Of a stretch of DNA of 64,000 bases, positions 60,053 through 64,000 are shown piece after piece. The position numbers and the translations under genes were made by a program. The DNA is taken from contig CBDBOV010000002.1 in the NCBI GenBank assembly GCA_965208575.1, forward strand, positions 544,001 through 608,000, given 5' to 3'. This DNA is from Spirochaetia bacterium (lineage in GTDB: Bacteria > Spirochaetota > Spirochaetia > SZUA-6 > Bin103). Each line of letters opens with the position of its first letter. The stretch's first letter is position 1. The notes beneath the pieces were generated by a model, which was given only the letters and a program-made list of their open reading frames with translations, was not told where the DNA came from and searched no databases.

Positions 60053-60112
60053 ACCTCGACCGGCGCGGACACCAATTGAGTGACAGATCGAGTCGCCGGG
60101 CTCCCCGACTGC

Positions 60113-60418
60113 TCACTGGTCTGTATCGTTCGTTGCTTCCAGCGTGTCCAACCCCGCCAGCACCGACTCGGCGGTGGCGTTGCCGGTGGCGCCCAGCGCG
60201 GCAAGCCGGTCGAGGGCCTCCCACAGCGTCACTCCGAGGAGGCCGGCGGCCTGCCGCAGGCTGACCTCGCCGGCCCGGTACTGGCCGGCGACGTACGCTT
60301 CAAAGCCCATACGCGCCAGCTTGCGCAACGACTGCGCCTGCTCGGCGTCTTCCCGCTCGGCGACGTACCGGATGGCCGCCTCAAGATCCTCGGTGATGCG
60401 TATGCTGCGAACACTCAT
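60113..60418 (-). CDS. UPF0175 family antitoxin-like protein
   Basis: RSIRI..SLRKL..YRAGEVSLRQAAGLLGVTLWEALD. Confidence 0.75.
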   Translation of the reverse strand: MSVRSIRITEDLEAAIRYVAEREDAEQAQSLRKLARMGFEAYVAGQYRAGEVSLRQAAGLLGVTLWEALDRLAALGATGNATAESVLAGLDTLEATNDTDQ

Positions 60419-60879
60419 GGATATAGTCCTTTCAGGAGGTGGCGGATGATCTGATATTCGGCGCTGCTGATAGACGGCTGCAGGCGCTGCAGCGATCGCT
60501 CGGCGTCTTGCCGCGACACCTGTCCAAGCCTGGCAAGCTCATAGAGCAGAAGGCCGGGGACCACACAGGGGATGCCCAGCGTCGTCAGGTGATTGATCAG
60601 CCGTCGGTCGTCGGTCCCCACGCAGTCGAAGGTTCCGGCGCGATAGACGGTCGCGAGAGCGTTGTCCCCGGACTCTCCCGCGGCCGCCCGTACCTCGATG
60701 CGGCGCGCTGCGATGTTCTTCGCAATAAGTTCGGACGAGGCATGGCCGGAGCCTTGGGCCACGACCTCTTGCACGACAGCCTCCGGGACAATCACCTTGA
60801 AGGCTCCGACGGCGCTCTCCTTGAATCCCGCCCGGGTGACCTTGATGAGGCAGTCCGCGTCCATCAGCACGCGCAGCAT
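60415..60879 (-). CDS. PIN-domain (DUF3368-like) toxin
   Basis: VLMDADCLI, VPEAVVQEV, GTDDRRL. ATGA overlap with the antitoxin. TACAAT lies 7 nt upstream of the ATG. Confidence 0.78.
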   Translation of the reverse strand: MLRVLMDADCLIKVTRAGFKESAVGAFKVIVPEAVVQEVVAQGSGHASSELIAKNIAARRIEVRAAAGESGDNALATVYRAGTFDCVGTDDRRLINHLTTLGIPCVVPGLLLYELARLGQVSRQDAERSLQRLQPSISSAEYQIIRHLLKGLYP

Positions 60880-60985
60880 GTAGCGGATTGTAGCGGATAC
60901 ATGACGCAGCGGCAAGCAGGGCAAGCCTCCACCCTGCCTCCACCCGGCCGTCGCTTCTCCGCGATTCTGTGCAATGATTTGGGAC

Positions 60986-63370
60986 ATGAGGTTGTGGTAC
61001 AAGGCGCCCGCGAGGGAGTGGTTGGAAGGATTGCCGATCGGCACGGGGCGGCTGGCGGCGATGGTGCTCGGCACCTTCCGGCGGGAACGCGTCGCGCTGA
61101 ATCACGAGTGCCTGTGGAAGGGGGTGAACCGCAACCGGGACAACGCCGTGAGCAGGGATGCGCTGCCGGAAGTGCGGCGCCTGCTGCTGGCGGGCAACTA
61201 CGTGGACGGGACGCGCGCCGCCCGGGACGCGTTCGGCGGCGGTGGCGGCGGCAGCGGGCGCCCGCAGCGGGTGGACCCGTACCAGCCCGCCGGCGACCTG
61301 CACCTGGAGCTGCTAACCCCCGGTCCCATTGCCGATTACCGCAGGGAGCTGGATCTGGATACGGCCAGTGCGACGGTGTCGTATCTGGCCGGGGGCCGCC
61401 GGTTCACCCGCCAGTACGTCGCGCACCTGGTCGAGGACCTGGTCCTGGTGCGGCTGACCCACGACGGCGAGCCGTTCGACTGCGTGGCGTGGCTCGACCG
61501 CACCCACGATCACGACTGCGAACTCACCTTCACCACCGAGGCGCCGGCCATGGATGGCGCCGGCACCGGTGCCGGCGGCGGCGCCGCCGGTGCGGGCGAG
61601 GCGGACGCGGCGGCGTGCCTGACCATGACCGGGGACATTCGCGGCGGCGTGGATTTCCGGGTGCGCGGTGAGGTGTGGTGCCGGGGCGGGCGGCGGCGCG
61701 TCGTCGATGGGCGCAAGCTGCTGTGCGAAGGGGTCACCGAGGCGCTGTTCGCGGTCGACATCGGCGTGTCGGCGTTCGGCAGGTCCGCCGCCGACGAGTG
61801 CGGGGCGCGGCGGCTGCGCCCCGCACTTGCATCGGATGCGGGCGCCTGGGACGACCTGCTGCGGACTCACGTCAGCGAGCACGAGCGCCACTTCGGCAGC
61901 ATGCGGCTCGACCTGGCGCTGCCGGACACCGACGTGGCCGGCCTGCCCACCGACGAGCGCATCCGGCGCGTGCGGGAGGGGCAGCCGGACCCCGGCCTGG
62001 CGCTGCTGTACTTCCACTACGGGCGCTACCTGCTGTGCGCCTCCTCGGCCACCGCCGCGCTGCCGGCCAACCTGCAGGGCAAGTGGAACGAGGACCTGCA
62101 GCCGCCCTGGGAGAGCGATTACCACCACGACATCAACCTGCAGATGAACTACTGGATCGCCGAGCCGGCCGGCATGCAGCGCTACGTGGAGGCGCTGCTG
62201 CAGCACATCGAACGCTTCGTGCCGCACGCCCGCAAGGCGGCCATGGACCTGTACGGCTGCCGCGGCGTCTGGTACCCGATCCAGACCGACGCCTGGGGCC
62301 GCTCGACGCCGGAATCGTACGGCTGGGCGGTGTGGATCGGGGCCGCCCCGTGGCTGGCGCAGCACGTGTGGTGGCACTGGGAGTACGGGCACGACGCCTG
62401 CTTCCTGCGCACCCGCGCCTACCCCTTCTTCAAGGAGGTGGCGGCGTTCTACGAGGACTACCTGGTCGAAGATGACGCCGGCGTGTTGCAGATCGTGCCG
62501 TCGCAGTCGCCCGAGAACCGCTTCGTCGGCGACGGCGGCCCGCCGGTGAGCATCTGCGTGTCGGCGACCATGGACGTGATCCTGGCCCGCGCGGCCTTCG
62601 ACTACGCGGTCCGCTCGGCCGAGATCCTGGACGTCGACCCCGAGTTGCGCCGCCGCTGGCGCGGCATGGCGGCGCGCCTGCCGGAACTGCAGATCGGCCG
62701 CCACGGCCAGTTGCAGGAGTGGAACGAGGACTTCGACGAGGTGGAGCCATCGCACCGGCACGTCTCCCACCTGGTCGGGCTGCACCCCGGCGACCTGCTG
62801 GACCCGGAGCGCACCCCCGAGCTGTGGCGGGCGGCCGAGGTGAGCCTGGAGCGGCGGCTGGCCGCCGGCGGCGGCCACACCGGCTGGAGCCGGGCGTGGA
62901 CCGCCTGCCTGTTTGCCCGGCTGGGCCGCGGCGAGGACGCCTGGGAACACCTGAACCACCTGATCACCGACTTCGCCACCGACTCGCTGCTGGACCTGCA
63001 CCCGCCGCGCATCTTCCAGATCGACGGCAACCTGGGCGGTGCCGCGGCGGTGATCGAAATGCTGCTGCACAGCTACCGCGGCGAGCTTCACCTGCTGCCG
63101 GCCCTGCCGGCGGCGTGGCCGGAGGGCCGCGTGTCCGGCCTGCGGGCGCGCGGCGGCGTTACCGTAGCGATGGCGTGGCGCAACGGCGAGCTGGTCGAGG
63201 CGACGCTGGAAGGCTGCGTCGCCGGCCCCTGCACCATCCTGCACGCCCCCGTACACTGGCAGGTCACCGACACCGCCGGCCGCGCCGTGCCCATCATCCG
63301 CACCGGCCACCGCATCACCTTTCACCTCGCCCCCGGCGAACACCGCCACTTGCAAGAGGGCCACGACTGA
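60986..63370 (+). CDS. Glycoside hydrolase family 95 (alpha-L-fucosidase/L-galactosidase)
   Basis: LWYKAPAREWLEGLPIGTGRL, YQPAGDL, YGRYLL, ANLQGKW, DINLQMNYW, SPEN, HRHVSHL, TGWSRAW, FQIDGN, LLPALP. Confidence 0.93.
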   Translation: MRLWYKAPAREWLEGLPIGTGRLAAMVLGTFRRERVALNHECLWKGVNRNRDNAVSRDALPEVRRLLLAGNYVDGTRAARDAFGGGGGGSGRPQRVDPYQPAGDLHLELLTPGPIADYRRELDLDTASATVSYLAGGRRFTRQYVAHLVEDLVLVRLTHDGEPFDCVAWLDRTHDHDCELTFTTEAPAMDGAGTGAGGGAAGAGEADAAACLTMTGDIRGGVDFRVRGEVWCRGGRRRVVDGRKLLCEGVTEALFAVDIGVSAFGRSAADECGARRLRPALASDAGAWDDLLRTHVSEHERHFGSMRLDLALPDTDVAGLPTDERIRRVREGQPDPGLALLYFHYGRYLLCASSATAALPANLQGKWNEDLQPPWESDYHHDINLQMNYWIAEPAGMQRYVEALLQHIERFVPHARKAAMDLYGCRGVWYPIQTDAWGRSTPESYGWAVWIGAAPWLAQHVWWHWEYGHDACFLRTRAYPFFKEVAAFYEDYLVEDDAGVLQIVPSQSPENRFVGDGGPPVSICVSATMDVILARAAFDYAVRSAEILDVDPELRRRWRGMAARLPELQIGRHGQLQEWNEDFDEVEPSHRHVSHLVGLHPGDLLDPERTPELWRAAEVSLERRLAAGGGHTGWSRAWTACLFARLGRGEDAWEHLNHLITDFATDSLLDLHPPRIFQIDGNLGGAAAVIEMLLHSYRGELHLLPALPAAWPEGRVSGLRARGGVTVAMAWRNGELVEATLEGCVAGPCTILHAPVHWQVTDTAGRAVPIIRTGHRITFHLAPGEHRHLQEGHD

Positions 63371-63418
63371 CCGGCGCCATGCCTTGGCAAGAGCCAAGCC
63401 ACAGGTCAACATCGTGGG

Positions 63419-63688
63419 ATGCGGATCGAGTGGGACGAGGACAAGAATCAACGTCTCCTTGCGTCGCGCGGTATTTCCTTCGAGGTGGTCGAGGAAATCC
63501 TCGCCGAAGGGGTATACGAGATCAGACCTCACTCGGATCAAGCGCGCTATCCGGGTCAGGTGCTCCTACTCTTCGAGTTCCGGGAACACACGTGGGTGTG
63601 CCCTGCCGATAGCCGAGCCGGCCGCATGACGCTGACGACGATCTATCCGTTCCGCAAGTACCACCGCGAATGGGGGAGGAATGGCTGA
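63419..63688 (+). CDS. BrnT-like toxin
   Basis: IEWDEDKNQRLLASRGISFE..H..RYPGQ..LTTIYPFRK. Confidence 0.75.
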   Translation: MRIEWDEDKNQRLLASRGISFEVVEEILAEGVYEIRPHSDQARYPGQVLLLFEFREHTWVCPADSRAGRMTLTTIYPFRKYHREWGRNG

Positions 63689-63977
63689 TTCACCGCTTAC
63701 CTATATCGATGACGACGAGCGTGAGCTGATCGACAGTATCGAGGGTCCGCCGCAGCTCGGCCAGCCGCTCGAACCGGAGGAGGAGCGCAGAATTCGGGAA
63801 CTGCTCATGGTTGCCGCGCGCAGGAAACCCAAGGATACGAAGATCACCATGAGTATATCGTCCGATGATCTGTTGGCCATCAAGGCACTGGCCCGCCGGC
63901 TCGGGGTCGAGTATCAGCCGCTCATCCCCGAGGCAATCCACCAGGATGCACATGGCCGGCTGAGGCGCTCCGGTTGA
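63681..63977 (+). CDS. CopG/BrnA-like antitoxin
   Basis: DDDERELIDSIE..KDTKITMSISSDDLLAIKALARRLGVEYQPLI. Confidence 0.78.
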   Translation: MADSPLTYIDDDERELIDSIEGPPQLGQPLEPEEERRIRELLMVAARRKPKDTKITMSISSDDLLAIKALARRLGVEYQPLIPEAIHQDAHGRLRRSG

Positions 63978-64000
63978 CACCGCTGACACCCTGGCGACGC

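Overview
High-GC bacterial chromosomal window. The Ppx, FtsK-like and beta-barrel sequences and the gene mix resemble Spirochaetaceae-type animal or sponge symbiont genomes, but this is an unverified inference. Intact operons: (i) cysD-cysNC plus a PhyH dioxygenase, divergent from a translationally coupled operon of sulfotransferase, GPP34/GOLPH3-cytochrome P450 fusion, EcKL/APH-like kinase and MFS exporter; (ii) an Opp/Dpp ABC transporter; (iii) ppk1, and a ROK kinase-ppx pair; (iv) a two-MoxR/DUF58/DUF4129 locus; (v) scattered sulfatase, PhyH, sugar isomerase and GH95 genes. Most gaps between operons hold toxin-antitoxin modules (about 13 intact or decayed) and mobile-element debris. There are two hot spots. 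At 34240-38010, three ppk 3' ends and duplicated neighbouring gene pieces are interleaved with different TA cassettes. At 40158-49828, about 9.7 kb separating ppk from ROK-ppx carries a full group II intron and many gene fragments. An 82-84 bp tandem repeat lies over the moxR promoter. No rRNA, tRNA or CRISPR array was recognised. Best candidates for novelty: the PAPS/P450/sulfotransferase/kinase/exporter conjugation cluster and the ppk-anchored TA accretion site. All family assignments come from motif recognition by eye, not database searches.
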